This document shows positions 25,123 through 38,279 of a stretch of 64,000 nt of DNA, one piece after another (position 1 is the first letter of the stretch; every line of letters starts with the position of its first letter). The notes beneath the pieces are model-generated. The model saw only the letters and a list, made by a program, of their open reading frames with translations. It ran no database searches and was not told the DNA's origin. Made by a program: the position numbers and the translations under genes. Source of the DNA: Lingula anatina (taxonomy: Eukaryota > Animalia > Brachiopoda); contig CM120641.1 of assembly GCA_051362555.1 (NCBI GenBank), positions 48,862,401 to 48,926,400 on the forward strand, read 5' to 3'.

Positions 25123-27350
25123 TCAGACTGATTCAGAGCACATAAACTGAAAATATGAAATGACTTGTACTATTGCTTCTTGATTTTCCTCGCATTGATA
25201 AAAGCCTTCGGTCTCCCAGAACACTATATCAACTGTCAACTTGACTTGCGGATGTCTGGGTAGGATTTGCTGTGTCGGCGTGAACCGTCTGGCATGGCGG
25301 GGGAGGTGGCGCATCACGATCAGAATGATGTCTAGCTGCGCGCCTGAAATTGTAAATGGAATTAAATGTATGCAAATCTGAGTGGAGATAAAGAGAGAGA
25401 TATGCCAAAATAGAGTGAGAGAGATGTATTAATTTAGTTATAGACGATTATAATTTTTCATATTTCAAACCAATAAATCTTAAGCAGTAAAAGTCAGGAG
25501 AAAATTGACTTTTCTTGCCTTTGTATTCCCTCAGCGCTTGATCCACATCTGTCCCAAGTCGCGAAGACTGAAGACAAAATAAAATCAGAGGAGCCGACGA
25601 AATCAGCCTCACGTTTTCCAAATTCTCTTGTTCGAGCGTTATCCTGTCAAATAGAATAGACGGGATTTATTTCTTGGTTTATTTTTTGATTTATTTGTAT
25701 TTTCGCCCTGTTAGATTTATTTCTTGATTTATTTGTATTTTCTTCCCGTTAGGAATTGTGAAAGGACAAGGATAAAAATCAAGGTGGATATGAGCCATGA
25801 ACACGGGTCAGACCAGATAATGCAAGCTGTTTTTAGACACGGAATAGAAATCATAATAAATATAGAAAACATTTTAAGTAGGATAAAATAGGAATAAAAA
25901 GGGACAATAACGCATCCCTGAAAAAAAGAGCATCACTCTTATATTCCAGTAGCATCATACTATTAGCCAAATACGTTGTAATTTAAATTAAAACTAAACT
26001 AAATTAAAATTTTTTTTAAAAAATGGGTTGTCAAAACATTAGTAATATCCACTGGCTCCACGATTGCATTGTCGTGAGGTGTTGCGTTCTGTTCATTTTT
26101 TAGTATGAAATTCTCGTCTTACCCACAGTCCTTCAGACCGGATATGACTTCATTGAGGAAATTCTGGTCGGCGCCAAACACGGGAGAACGCGGTGCCCTT
26201 TGGAAGAATGGAACTAGAACAAAATTTGTGAAAATGTTAATCATTTCTGAAGATAATTATCGTCTTTTTAATGAGTGAGGCATGGCATTGCGATCCATCA
26301 CTGACTTGTCAAACAAATATTGTTCATGTTACAAAAATGACTGTAACAAAAATGCACAATTGCAATCGTCTTCACAAGGAATTTAAATACATCACGACAT
26401 ATAGAAAAGTAAATCATTGAAAAAAAAATCCATTATGTTGATTATAACTGTCTATGAGATAAGATTTTCAGGCATTCTAGCGTATTGTTTTATATAATGA
26501 AGGCTTTAAGTTGGTGTTTTTATTCTTGTTTCAAAAGTCACCTGTTCTTTTTGTCGATCTCTTCACTCCAGTTGTAGCATGTGGAGGTGGTGCAGTAGTC
26601 TCCGCTGGCGTTGATGGTGTCGTCTGCTCTGTGCCGGCTCCAGGCGCGTCTTCAGTGATCAGGGCTGCATCAGACATCGTCAACCCCTGTGTCCCGCCAA
26701 GAGTTGTGGTTTTACGGCAAACGCATTTATGGATTTCTATTTCCAGTTGTTCACATTTGGTTTGAAAATACTCAAGTGAGCAGCTTTTGCTTTCCAGTTC
26801 GCGCAGCCTTTCCTTCAGATTTTCGTTTTCTAGACACACTGCTTCAATTGCTCTTTCTGCAGCTTCCAGTCTCATTTTGAGGGCTTCTTTCTCCTCCGTC
26901 TCTTTGACAAACTGGTTCTGGAGTTCCACGAACTTCTCTTCTAGATTTGCATATCTGTCATCTTTTTGTTGGTGGGTCTTTTGACACGAGGTTGGGTTCT
27001 CATGTTCACCTTCATCAGGGCTATCTTGTGCCTGTGGTGTCTGTTCCAGGAGTGGGGGCGCTGATTCGGGCCGTCGTAAAAGCTCCTCTTCCTGGTTTAA
27101 ATCACCGCCTTTAGGCTGTCCACTGACTGACGTACCAGAGGGATGTGGAAGACATTCTGACCGTTCAGGTTTACCCTGGTGAGCGTCCGTACTCAAGTTC
27201 TGTATGGATGTTTTGTCTTTTTGGGGATTGATATTCATTTCGCGGGATTTTTCCACACTCGCCTTTGAATCTGACTTGATTCTGCGGTTTTGCGACATTT
27301 CTTCTTCGGATTTTACGCCCTGAAATGAAAATCAATTTTAGTTTCTTAAA

Positions 27351-27391
<41 letters not shown>

Positions 27392-27880
27392 TAATTTTCA
27401 GATGAAACATCAGCAACGCACGTTACCAGTTCAAATTTGGTTACGTGTGTGTTATCGTCTCCTCACAATAGTAGGTTATACTTGTAGGAATTATCTAACA
27501 ATTTGTCTCAAAAAGTTACTCACTGTCATTCGAAGAATACAAAGACGAAAAACACATTAATTGGGTTTTAAGAAAATATCATTTACCAGGTTTGGGGTAG
27601 AATCTAGTTCGTTTCTGCAGCCTGTTTTACCATTTTTGCACGCATTCTGTTGAATCGCACCCGCGTTGTCTTTTAAAGTTTGCTGAACTGTTGGTGTCGA
27701 CATAATGTCTCTTCCTTTTTCAGAATAAATAAGACCTGCCTGATTTTCCAAGGTGTTCTCATGTCTCCTTTTAAGGTTTCTATTCGAATTCGACGAAGGC
27801 ACAGTTTCTTGATTTTTTCGCTTTAAGTTTTGTTCATCCTGTAAAAAATGGGGTTTCAGAATTGAGCGTGTGTAGAGAAA

Positions 27881-27911
<31 letters not shown>

Positions 27912-29338
27912 TGAGAGGGTGTAAGTGATGAAAATGTATTAATGCATTCAATCATTGCTCTCTATTCTATTCTTGTCTACTGTTCTAAATAACCAGTGTA
28001 ACATCGAAATTAGAATTTTGACTAGCTGAATCATAGTTCTATACCGTACCAAATGACAGAATTTTGACTAGCTGAATCATAGTTCTATACCGTACCAAAT
28101 GACAGAATTTTGACTAGCTGAATCATAGTTCTATACCGTACCAAATGGCACAGTTCGCGCTCTTAAATACCAATTTTTTGTCGGGGCCCTCCAGCGGGAG
28201 GAGGGGGAGTCGGCTTTGCATCTGCGGACCCCCCTTCAAATAATTCTGGATCCGCCACTGGTAAAGCGTTACTTACATGTAAATTGCCCAATGTAATACA
28301 AGAAACGACCAGCAACACTGAAGGATACTGAAGGAAAAATAACTCTTTTGAAAAGTGACATTAATTGGAAAATTATTGCACCTGCAGTTGGACATTTAAG
28401 TGTATTCTGCTCCCATCAGTTTGTGTAGAGGATGAGGATACCAACTACCAGGGTCACAGTAGATTTCTCTAAATATTCACAGATATTTCTCGGGCTGATT
28501 CTTTGCACTTTTCCTCACAGTGCGGCTAAGACTGATAAACCTATCGCACTAGCAGAATCGACCTAACTTCGAGGGGATTCTCCTAATTGCATTCAGTTTA
28601 AGCGGCTTAAATGTCTGTCACGCCCACTGAAGCTGCTGGGGGGGGGGTAAATACCTTTCGTGCACGCTTAAACTGAATGCAATTTAGTGAGAATATCCTA
28701 GTAGACAGATCGATCCTGCTAGTGCGGTAGGGTTATTGTATTGGTCCCTAAAATTTTGCCTATATTTGACGTGCGTCACAGTGAGTCATCACTAAGGTAG
28801 CCCCTGGTAGAGCCCAGAATGATCGTGGTGTCTTTAGCCAAATGCAAGTGGAAGCAAACTGCAGTATAGTCTTAGACCCCATTCCCAGAGATTAGATCGA
28901 TCCAAACTAGATCGACCTAACTCCCTGGGGGTTCATGCTAAATAGCTGTCAGCCGAGCGGGCACGAAAGTTAATTACCCCCTTACAGCTTGTAGTAGGCG
29001 TGTCGGACATTTAAGTCGGATTATCTGACAGTAATCTAGTGAGCCTCTCCACGGGGATAGATCGATCTAAATTTCTGGGAATACGCCCTTACTACTGATG
29101 TTTCCAAAAATGTGGTATTTACCGGATTCACGAAGGCAGTTCTTCTACTGCCTGAACGACAGTGAATGGTTTCTTTTTTGCTACCGCCATTTTGTAACGA
29201 GCCGGTTACTTCCTCTTGTCCTACAGTTGTGCCTGAAGTTTCCTCTTCCTTGTCACCATTTTCGTCCGTGGACTGCTTGGTTCCTAATACTGTATTCATG
29301 AAGCGTTTTGGTATCGAACTAAGCACCTTTTTCATCAT
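25123..29338 (-). CDS. Unnamed gene A1: disordered region + coiled coil + CxC + C-terminal 'SRLGTD' alpha/beta domain; exons 29338-29210 (donor uncertain), 27838-27587, 27319-26542, 26213-26123, 25643-25519, 25343-25123
   Basis: Phase-consistent exon chain without stops (about 530 aa), including one GC-AG intron; exons and splice sites are conserved in three copies. Confidence 0.72.
28012..28147. repeat. 46-bp unit tandemly triplicated, specific to unit 1
   Basis: agaattttgactagctgaatcatagttctataccgtaccaaatgac at 28012, 28058 and 28104; single copy at about 38386 in unit 2. Confidence 0.9.
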
Positions 29339-30433
29339 AAAAACTCATCAAAACATTAACTGTCCTACCTAACAGAAACGGTTCAAAGGATTGATGAAAT
29401 GACCTTGGGCTATATCTATGACCTGTTATCAGTGTTATATATATGATAGTATGATACCGGGAAAATTGATGACGAATCTTTTCAAAATGAAAGCGTACAT
29501 GTAACTGATCGTTCATCAATGCTAGGACAAAATGTATTACTTAGGAGGGCCTAAATAAAATATTCATTCTCATTTAAAAATCTGTTCTGTAGCTCTTTTA
29601 GAAAATAATTAAATCACCCAGTGATAACGGACTGATAATAAGGACGTGTTAGCGGTGTGACAGGAATGGTAGTCCGCTTTGAAACATAGTCCAATCCCCA
29701 TTACTCTGTACATAACGACAATACTCAAGCCATTCTTAACCTGTACTAATCAGGCTTGTCTTAGAACTCGAAGATGGTGGGTCGAAATCTTGACGGTTTT
29801 CTGGTTCGCACTTAAGGACTTTTATCTTATAGAAACATTTTCTTGAAAACAGGAGGGTGCCTATAACCCTTCAAAACATTTCAAAGCCACATTTTTTCTT
29901 GTTTTAATACGAAGAATCAAAATAATTTTGTTCCTGATTTGGACTGCCTTATCAATGGAGCAAATCATTTTATCAAACAGGATCTATTTCATAATAAAGT
30001 AATAAAGATTTAGACTCTTCAAATTCATTATCTTCAAATACTAGACATAGGAAAAAGACCATAAATAAAACCAAAATATTAAGAGTATATGTTTTATATA
30101 ATTTTACTCGGATTTACTATCTTAGGATTTACTAGATATTTACACAACATAATTTGAACAGCGCCTTACAACTTTGAACATTGCACACACACACACACAC
30201 ACAAACACACACAAACACACACACATCTTTTAAACCAAATCGTCCAATAGGCCTACTCGACACAAGGGTTTGATCAAGTTTATTTATACTAATATCGATA
30301 CAACATAATAAACTGAAAATTAATTCAAATTCATTTCATCCAAAGGCATTTAGTCTTTTGAAAAAGCAAGTTTTCAGATGTATCTATATTTGGTTGGTTT
30401 CATCATATCCCAATACGACGACCTACAGTTTTG

Positions 30434-31180
30434 CTAATATGAATTTCCGTATTCATATTGCGTTGTGACGGTACCACTGCGAGGTAGGCCTACTTGCTCC
30501 TTGGCGCGACTTTCCAAATGTTTCACTAGCTCTTCTAGGGCTCTCTCGTTAGCAGGGGACGGATACAGACCCATTGACTCCCAGAATACCATATCCAGCA
30601 CCAGATTAACCCTCCCCAGTCTTGTTAGGGACAGAATGGAATCTGTGGGGTTGCTGACGTCGGCATGAGGGGCCACGTGGTGGAAAACTATCAAGATGAT
30701 GGCGCTTGTGTCTGCTGAAACAATGAGTACACATAACTTTTTAACACTCATAAGTGATTCATATTAGCACACTCGAATTGAAATTAATATTTTATGCGAG
30801 AAGAGTCAGAATTTAATATCCATTTCTGCATTAGAGAGACAGCACGAATGGCACCAACAAAATTCCATGACCGAGCTGGCTGTCGAAAAAACAATTATTC
30901 GTCAACAAGCCCAAAATAGTTTATTCAGTGTTACATTTTCATTTTACCCTGTCTCACCTCTGTTAAATTCTTTTAAAGATTGGTCTACGTCTGTTCCAAG
31001 ACGAGACGAGTGCAGGCAGAAAACGAGGATGGGGCTGTCTTCGCACTGCGCCCCCTGGCGCCACGGTTCAGAGTTAAGGTCCTCCCTGTATTTCTGGTGT
31101 AAGTTCTCCTTCACTCGGGTCATGAGTTGTTGGCTGGTGGATACAACTGCGTCTGCGTCAGGGCATTTTTCAAAACAATG
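30434..31180 (-). pseudogene. Gene B1: last two exons of gene B (30714-30434, 31180-30958), 5'-truncated at the duplication junction
   Basis: Open frames nearly identical to B3, but the acceptor AG and first 2 nt of the exon are replaced by repeat sequence after 31180. Confidence 0.7.
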
Positions 31181-32154
31181 GCAAAATGTAAACAAGAGAT
31201 AGCTCTACTGAAATGATTTTCTTACCATTTTCAGCACCCTTTTACATAAAACAAAATAATCAATTTACTGTCATTTTTAAATGATCAACTAAAAAATGTT
31301 GACATAAGAAAAATATCAATAGAACAATTTTAAATGTCCAATTTGCTCCATTCTGAGATTCTGAACATACTGAATGATTGAATCTTACAAACTGTAAAGA
31401 TATGTTTTTCCCCGTTTTTGACACTTTATAACACAATACACAATAACAGGTTTACCATCATTTTTAAATAATCAACTAACAATATTGTTAAGATGCAGAA
31501 AATGTCAAAAGAACAACTTAACATATCTAATTAGTTCAAAAATGAGACTGTTAACCTGCCTGAAAATTAAATTTGAGGAAAAAACACGTATACGAAAAAG
31601 GCATAACTTCATCAAAACTTAACTGATCAGGCTTATTTTCAAACTTAATCTGTATTTCAGTAACATTGATCACTCCTGTGAATTTCAAGACAATTGGCCA
31701 ATCGATTTTCCTTATAATGTGTTATAGGTGTTGCATATATGCTGAAAAAAATGAAAAAAAAACAGCAAACTTTTATAAAAACGGCATGCCAATTTTCGAA
31801 CTTGGCCTGCATATTATGGATATTCATTACTTCTGTAAGTTTCAATCCAAAAGTTAAAACGGTTTTCCACTTATCGTGTTTTCGATGTTGCATAAATGCC
31901 GAAAATAAGTGAAAAAACAGCAGAATTTTTATAAAAATTGCCCGATTATGCCGATTTTCGAACTTGGTCTGCGTATTATAACTATATTCAACAGTTCTGT
32001 AAGTTTCAAGCCAAAAAGTAAAGTGGTTTTTCACTTATCGTTTTATCAGGGTTGCATAAATGCTGAAAAAAGTGAAAAAAACACAGCATAACTTCCATAA
32101 AAATGGCCCGATCATGCTGATTTTCAAACTTGGCCTACCTAATATGAATATTTT
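31181..32154 (-). mobile_element. Fragment of Helentron/HINE-like repeat at duplication junction 1
   Basis: Reverse-complement similarity to about 58470-59590, including the 161-bp units (ttttcgaacttg, ccacttatcgtgtt). Confidence 0.75.
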
Positions 32155-32319
32155 AGTGTCAGAACTGTTCCCACAAGTTTTGCAGATTTACACACTGAAA
32201 GCGTGATAACACAAATAAACTTGTCTGAATGAAGGCAAGAAAAAAAGATGTATTTGGTGGTTGAAAAATAAAGATAACAAATGGTTTATCAGAATCTGTG
32301 GTCTCACTTTATTGTCTAG

Positions 32320-32904
32320 GACGTTGTTGTGCAGGATGTTCTCAGCCTATTGGAGACAGATAGTGAAGCTTTTCCACGCAGAGCAGCTGTGCAGGTGCTC
32401 TCATCCTGGTATTCTATCACCCCAGAGACAACACAGGCCGCCATACTGGTCTCCATGACAACAGCTATTAAAGATTTTGACTGGGAGGTGAAGGTCTTGG
32501 TGCTTGCCTTCTGGGAAAGTGTTTTTACAAAATGTTTCCAAAACCTGGACACGCCGGCCTGTGCTGTGGCTCCTTCTCAATCAAAGCAAAGGAAAAGAGA
32601 GTTCTCTCTTGAGGCAAGGGAATTAGACTTTATGAATAGATGCTGTGAGATTTTACTTTTTGCTGTAAAGGATTGTGACAGAAAAGTATGTGAAAAGGCT
32701 GCCAAAATGATAGCAGAAATTATACCAGAATTACAATCAAAATGTCAAAATATTGCAGATGGAACTTGCGCAGTTGTGGAAGGTGAATGTAAAAAGGAAA
32801 AAGTTAACTGTCTGATGGAATCAGTAAAAGAACTAAGAACACTAGATGTACCAGGAATTTTACATGAAAAAAGTCAAAGCGATGGTTATGCTGAGAATCC
32901 GTAA
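32320..32904 (+). pseudogene. Duplicated BRAT1 last exon (copy 2), open frame, lacks the DCY tail
   Basis: Intact ttgtctag acceptor in the same phase; ends SQSDGYAENP*; AATAAA at 32903-32908. Confidence 0.8.
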
Positions 32905-33225
32905 TAAATTTCTTTTTAATTTTGGATGTTGTAAAATCCAATTATTTTAAAACTTAAGCTGTGCTTTCCACGCATCTTCCTGTAATGTTGTGCAGAACTT
33001 TTCTGACACTTTAGGACATTCTTCAACAACTCTTTCACTGACCACGACTGTTAATAAGGGGACAAAACTAATTAGATTTTTAAAAATTTAATAGATTAAA
33101 AGCCAGACAATACAATGAATATAAGCAAGAGGTTTCAGAAACCGACACTACTCAACATTATCATACAACTACACAATTTGCCAAACTATTAGCATTAGAA
33201 TTTCCCATCAATTCTTATTATTTCA

Positions 33226-36200
33226 TCAGACTGATTTAGAGCACAGATACTGAAAATATGAAATGACTTGTACTATTGCTTCTTGATTTTCCTCGCAGTG
33301 ATAAAAGCCTTCGGTCTCCCAGAACACTATATCAACTGTCAACTTGACTTGTGGATGTCTGGGTAAGACTTGCTGAGTCGGCGTGAACCGTCTGGCATGG
33401 CGGGGGAGGTGGCGCATCACGATCAGAATGATGTCTAGCCGCGCACCTGAAATTGTAAATGGATTTAAATGTATGCAAATCTTAGTGGAGATAAAGAGAG
33501 AGATATGCCAAAATAGAGTGAGAGAGATGTATTAATTTAGTTATAGACGATTATAATTTTTCATATTTCAAACCAATAAATCGTAAGCAGTAAAAGTCAA
33601 GAGAAAATTGACTATTCTTGCCTTTGTATTCCCTCAGCGCTTGATCCACATCTGTCCCAAGTCGCGAAGACTGAAGACAAAATAAAATCAGAGGAGCAGA
33701 CGAAATCAGCCTCACGTTTTCCAAATTTTCTTGTTCAAGCGTAATCCTGTCAAAGAGAATAGACAGTATTTCTTGATTTATTTCTTGATTTATTTGTATT
33801 TTCTTCCCGTTAGGAATTGTGAAAGGACAAGGATAAAAATCAAGGTGGATATGAGCCATGAACACGGGTCAGACCAGATAATGCAAGCTGTTTTTAGACA
33901 CGGAATAGAAATCATAATAAATATAGAAAACATTTTAAGTAGGATAAAATAGGAATAAAAAGGGACAATAACGCATCCCTGAAAAAAAAGAGCATCACTC
34001 TTATATTCCAGTAGCATCACACTATTAGCACCCTGAGCTTCAGAGCTAACTTGACACTAACCTTTTCACTGTAGCCTATCTCCATCGTGTTAAGTAACCT
34101 CTGACGAAAATAGTTTGACCTAGTTTATATAAGCCAATCGAATCCATATTTCAAAAATTTTCACCAAAGTTTGGTGAAAACGCTGATTGGTTTATCGTCA
34201 ATCGGCAATCCTCGGCTGATTCCGCAAGCTCCATACTAACAACATAGTTATTGTCGAGTGCGGAGACATCCGAGTAGTTCCGAGTAGTTCCGAGTGCATA
34301 ACCGTACACAAAGAAAGCATGGAGTATATCGGAATTGAAACCAGAGAAGTATGATGCCCTGCATCATTATCTACTGAGGGATGATGTATTTTGCGTGCTG
34401 CCCACAGGTTACGGCAAGTCCCTGATATTCAGCCTTATCTTTGATTGGTCCGGATTTGAACAAAGCGCGCTTTGACTCGTTCGCGTTCATTGGCTAGATC
34501 GTTCAATGAGTCATTGAGTGCGGGCTTTAAATTTGATTGGCGGGCGGCGGGGGCACTCGAATCTGGTCAGAGGTTACTTGACACGATGGAGATAGGCTAC
34601 AGTGAAAAGGTTAGTGTCAAGTTAGCTCTGAAGCTCAGGGTGACTATTAGTCAAATACCCTGTAATTTTTATTAAAACTAAATTAAAATTGAGAAAAATT
34701 AGGTCTTTGAAACATCGGTAGGCCTTATATCCACTGGCTTCACGATTGCATTGTCGTGGGTGAGGTGTTGTTGCGTTCTGTTCATTTTTTAGTATGAAAT
34801 TCTCGCCTTACCCACAGTCCTTCAGACCGGAAATGACTTCATTGAGGAAATTCTGGTCGGCGCCAAACACGTGAGAACGCAGTGCCCTTTGGAAGAATGA
34901 AACTAGAACAAAATTTGTGAAAATGTTAATCATTTTTGAAGATAATTATCGTCTTTTTAATGAGTGAGGCATGGCATTGCGATCCATCACTGACTTGTCA
35001 AACAAATATTGTTCATGTTACAAAAATGACTGTAACAAAAATGCACAGTTGAAGGCCTAATCGTCCTTACAAGGAATTTGAATACATCAAGACATACAGA
35101 AAAGTAAATTATTGAAAAAATCCATTTTGTTGATTTTTAACTATCTATGAGATAAGATTATCACGCTTTCAAGCCACATAATACCACTTGCAACCTGAAT
35201 GAAATCTATCAGCTATCGTTATTGTTTAATATTATGAAGGATTTAAGTTGGTATTTTAATTTTTGTTCCAAAGTCACCTGTTCTTTTTGTCGGTCTCTCT
35301 CTCTTCACTCCAGTTGTAGGATGTGGTGGTGATGCAGTAGTCTCCGCTGATGGTGTCGTCTGCTCTGTGTCTTCAGTGATCTGGGCTGCAGCAGACATCG
35401 TCAAACCCCGTGTCCCGCCAAGAGTTGTGGTTTTACAGCAAACGCATTTATGGATTTCTATTGCATCCAGTCTCATTTTGAGGGCTTCTTTCTCCTCCGT
35501 CTCTTTGACAAACTTGTTCTGGAGTTCCACGAACTTCTCTTCTAGATTTGCATTTCTGTCATCTTTTTGTTGTTGGGTTTTTTGACACGAGGTTGGGTTC
35601 TCATGTTCACCTTCATCAGGGCTATCTTGTGTCTGCAGTGTCTGTTCCAGGTGTGGGGGCGCTGATTCGGGCGAATCTACGAGCTCCTCTTCCTGGTCTA
35701 AATCACCGCCTTTAGGCTGTCCACTGACTGGCGGTCCAGGGGGATGTTGAACACTTTGTGACCGTTTGGGTTGACCCTGGTTAGCGTCCGTACTCACGTT
35801 CTGTATGGATGTTTTGTCTTTTTGGGGATTGATATTCAATTCGCGGGATTTTTCCACACTCGCCTTTAAATCTGACTTGATTCTGCGGTTTTGCGACATT
35901 TCTTCTTCGGATTTTACGCCCTGAAATGAAAATCAGTTTTAGTTTCTTAAAATTAATAATAATAGTAATAATTTTCAGACGAAACATCAGCAACGCACGT
36001 TACCAGTTCAAATTTTGTTACGGGGAGTTAGTAACGTCTCAATATACAGGGTTACCACTTAATATGGAATATTATTTTTTGGCGAGTAAATTTTCTACAA
36101 AATATTTAATTTCTCTCTAACTACTTTAAATCCAAAGCTGAGGTGTCACTCCATGTGTAGCCAGGTGTGTTACCTAATTACCACACAACTCTCGAAACAA

Positions 36201-37704
36201 TTGATGCATGCAGTTGCATGTTCTGTGGTCAGAAATGTGAGGGGTGGTCTTTTCGGCAATTTCTGCCCTTGTATAAAAACGCATGGGTGTGGTCAATCTT
36301 TGGAGTGTGTTTAGAGAAGCAACAAAGGGATCGCTCTGAAACTTGGCAGGTACATTAGTGAAGATATGGTTCGACAGCTAAGCAACGCAGCTTACTATGG
36401 GATTCTTGCTCTAAGAGAAAATGGCCAGAAACGGACAGCCATTGCCAGGTAATTCAACATTTATAAAGGAACCGTTTGTGAAGTCCTCCAAAGAATTGCT
36501 GCAACAGGGGCACCTACTCCAATACCTCGACCAGGGTGTCCGCGTATCACACCAAGAAGACAGGATCGCCTTCTCCCTAGAGGACGCCGTGCTGGTCGTA
36601 CAAAGACAACCAGTGTCCTCAGAAAAGAGAGGCAGAATGTCATTCAAACGCCCGTTTCAAGGTCCCTCGTGAACAAGAGATTACTGCAAGCCGGTTATTT
36701 TGCACAAAGGCCAGTAGGGAAACCACTGTTAACAGGAGGTCATATACAGCGACGTCTGCAATGGGCTGGGGACCACGTGCGTTTGCAGCCAAAACACTGG
36801 AATCACGTCGTTTTCAGTGATGAGGCCAGATATGGATTTTTTAGGGTTGATCGTCGAATTCGTGTCCACCGACGTGTACGAGGGACATAAACCGATGATT
36901 GTGTACTGCCTAGGGTGCAAGCAGGGGATGGTAACGTCTCTGTTTGGGGAGCATTTCACGTTGGTGCCCAGAACCAGTTGGTTTTTCTAGGAGGCAACCT
37001 CATCCAGGATTCCTACAGAAACAACCTACAGCAAACAATGCTTCGATTGGTAAGAGTCATCTTCAGGAACAACTTTGTGTACCAAGACGACTGCGCAACC
37101 CCACATCGAGGCCGCAGAATCACTGTTTTTCTTCAAAACCAATGGGTTCAGCAACTGCCCTGGCCTGCAAACTCTCCAGATATGAACCCAATTGAAAATC
37201 TGTGGGCGGAAGTAACTCACAGAATTAATAGCTATGGTCCTCGGCCGGGAAATAGTGATGAACTGCGACAGGCAAATATCACTGCGTGGAATGATATCCC
37301 CAGCCAAACTCTAAAAAACGTGTCACAGGGTATGCCATGTAGGATGAGGGCGCTGCAAGCGGCTGCTGGAGGTCATACCCGCAATTACTGACTTTTCATG
37401 ATTTACTGTAGTGAGTTCTTTGACTGTGTAACATATCACTGTCCGGAGGCTATCATTTTCTTTAATATCTTATCTCAAAGTTTATACTGACATCAAACTG
37501 TTGATATGGTTTTCTGGGGGTGTTCCTTTCTTTTGAATGGCATCTTATGTCAGATTTAATATCATTGAACAAAATATCTCACAACAGAAGACTGGATGTT
37601 ATTATCACTCAGTGACATACTTTTTTAATGACTCAAGCCAAAAAAATTTTAATCAGCACTCAAAAATAACAATGATAAAAAATATTCCATATTAAGTAGC
37701 AACC

Positions 37705-37787
<83 letters not shown>

Positions 37788-38238
37788 CGTGTGTATTATC
37801 GTCTCCTCACAATAGTAGGTCATGCCAAATAGACAGAAATTATACTTGTAGGAATTATCCAACAATTTGTCTCAAAAAGTTACTCACTGTCCTTCGAAGA
37901 ATACAAAGACGAAAAACACATTAATTGGGAAGAAAATATCATTTACAAGGTTTGGGGTAGAATTTAGTACGTTTCTGCCGCCTGTTTTACCATTTTTGCA
38001 CGCATTCTGTTGAATCGCACCCGCGTTGTCTTTTAAAGTTTGCTGATCTGTTGGTGTCGACATAATGTCTCTTCCTTTTTCAGAATAAATAAGACCTGCC
38101 TGATTTTCCAAGGTGTTCTCATGTCTCCTTTTAAGGTTTCTATTCGAATTCGACGAAGGCACAGTTTCTTGATTTTTTCGCTTTAAGTTTTGCTCATCCT
38201 GTAAAAAATGGGGTTTCAGAATTGAGCGTGTGTAGAGA

Positions 38239-38279
<41 letters not shown>

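Noticed and set aside
28170-28262. CAGTGGCGGATCCAG-type terminus on the minus strand (also about 38450-38540)
   Set aside because: Probably one end of a common non-autonomous element, but no partner terminus or TSD was found.
29036-29209. C-terminal part of the 100-aa ORFs repeated in each unit (ending RSIYPRGEAH)
   Set aside because: Runs past candidate splice donors into a palindromic dispersed repeat; treated as intron read-through, with the exact donor uncertain.
31657-32091. ORFs of 60-125 aa at the junctions (also 41944-42264)
   Set aside because: They lie within the 161-bp repeat units of the HINE-like fragment and show no coding features.
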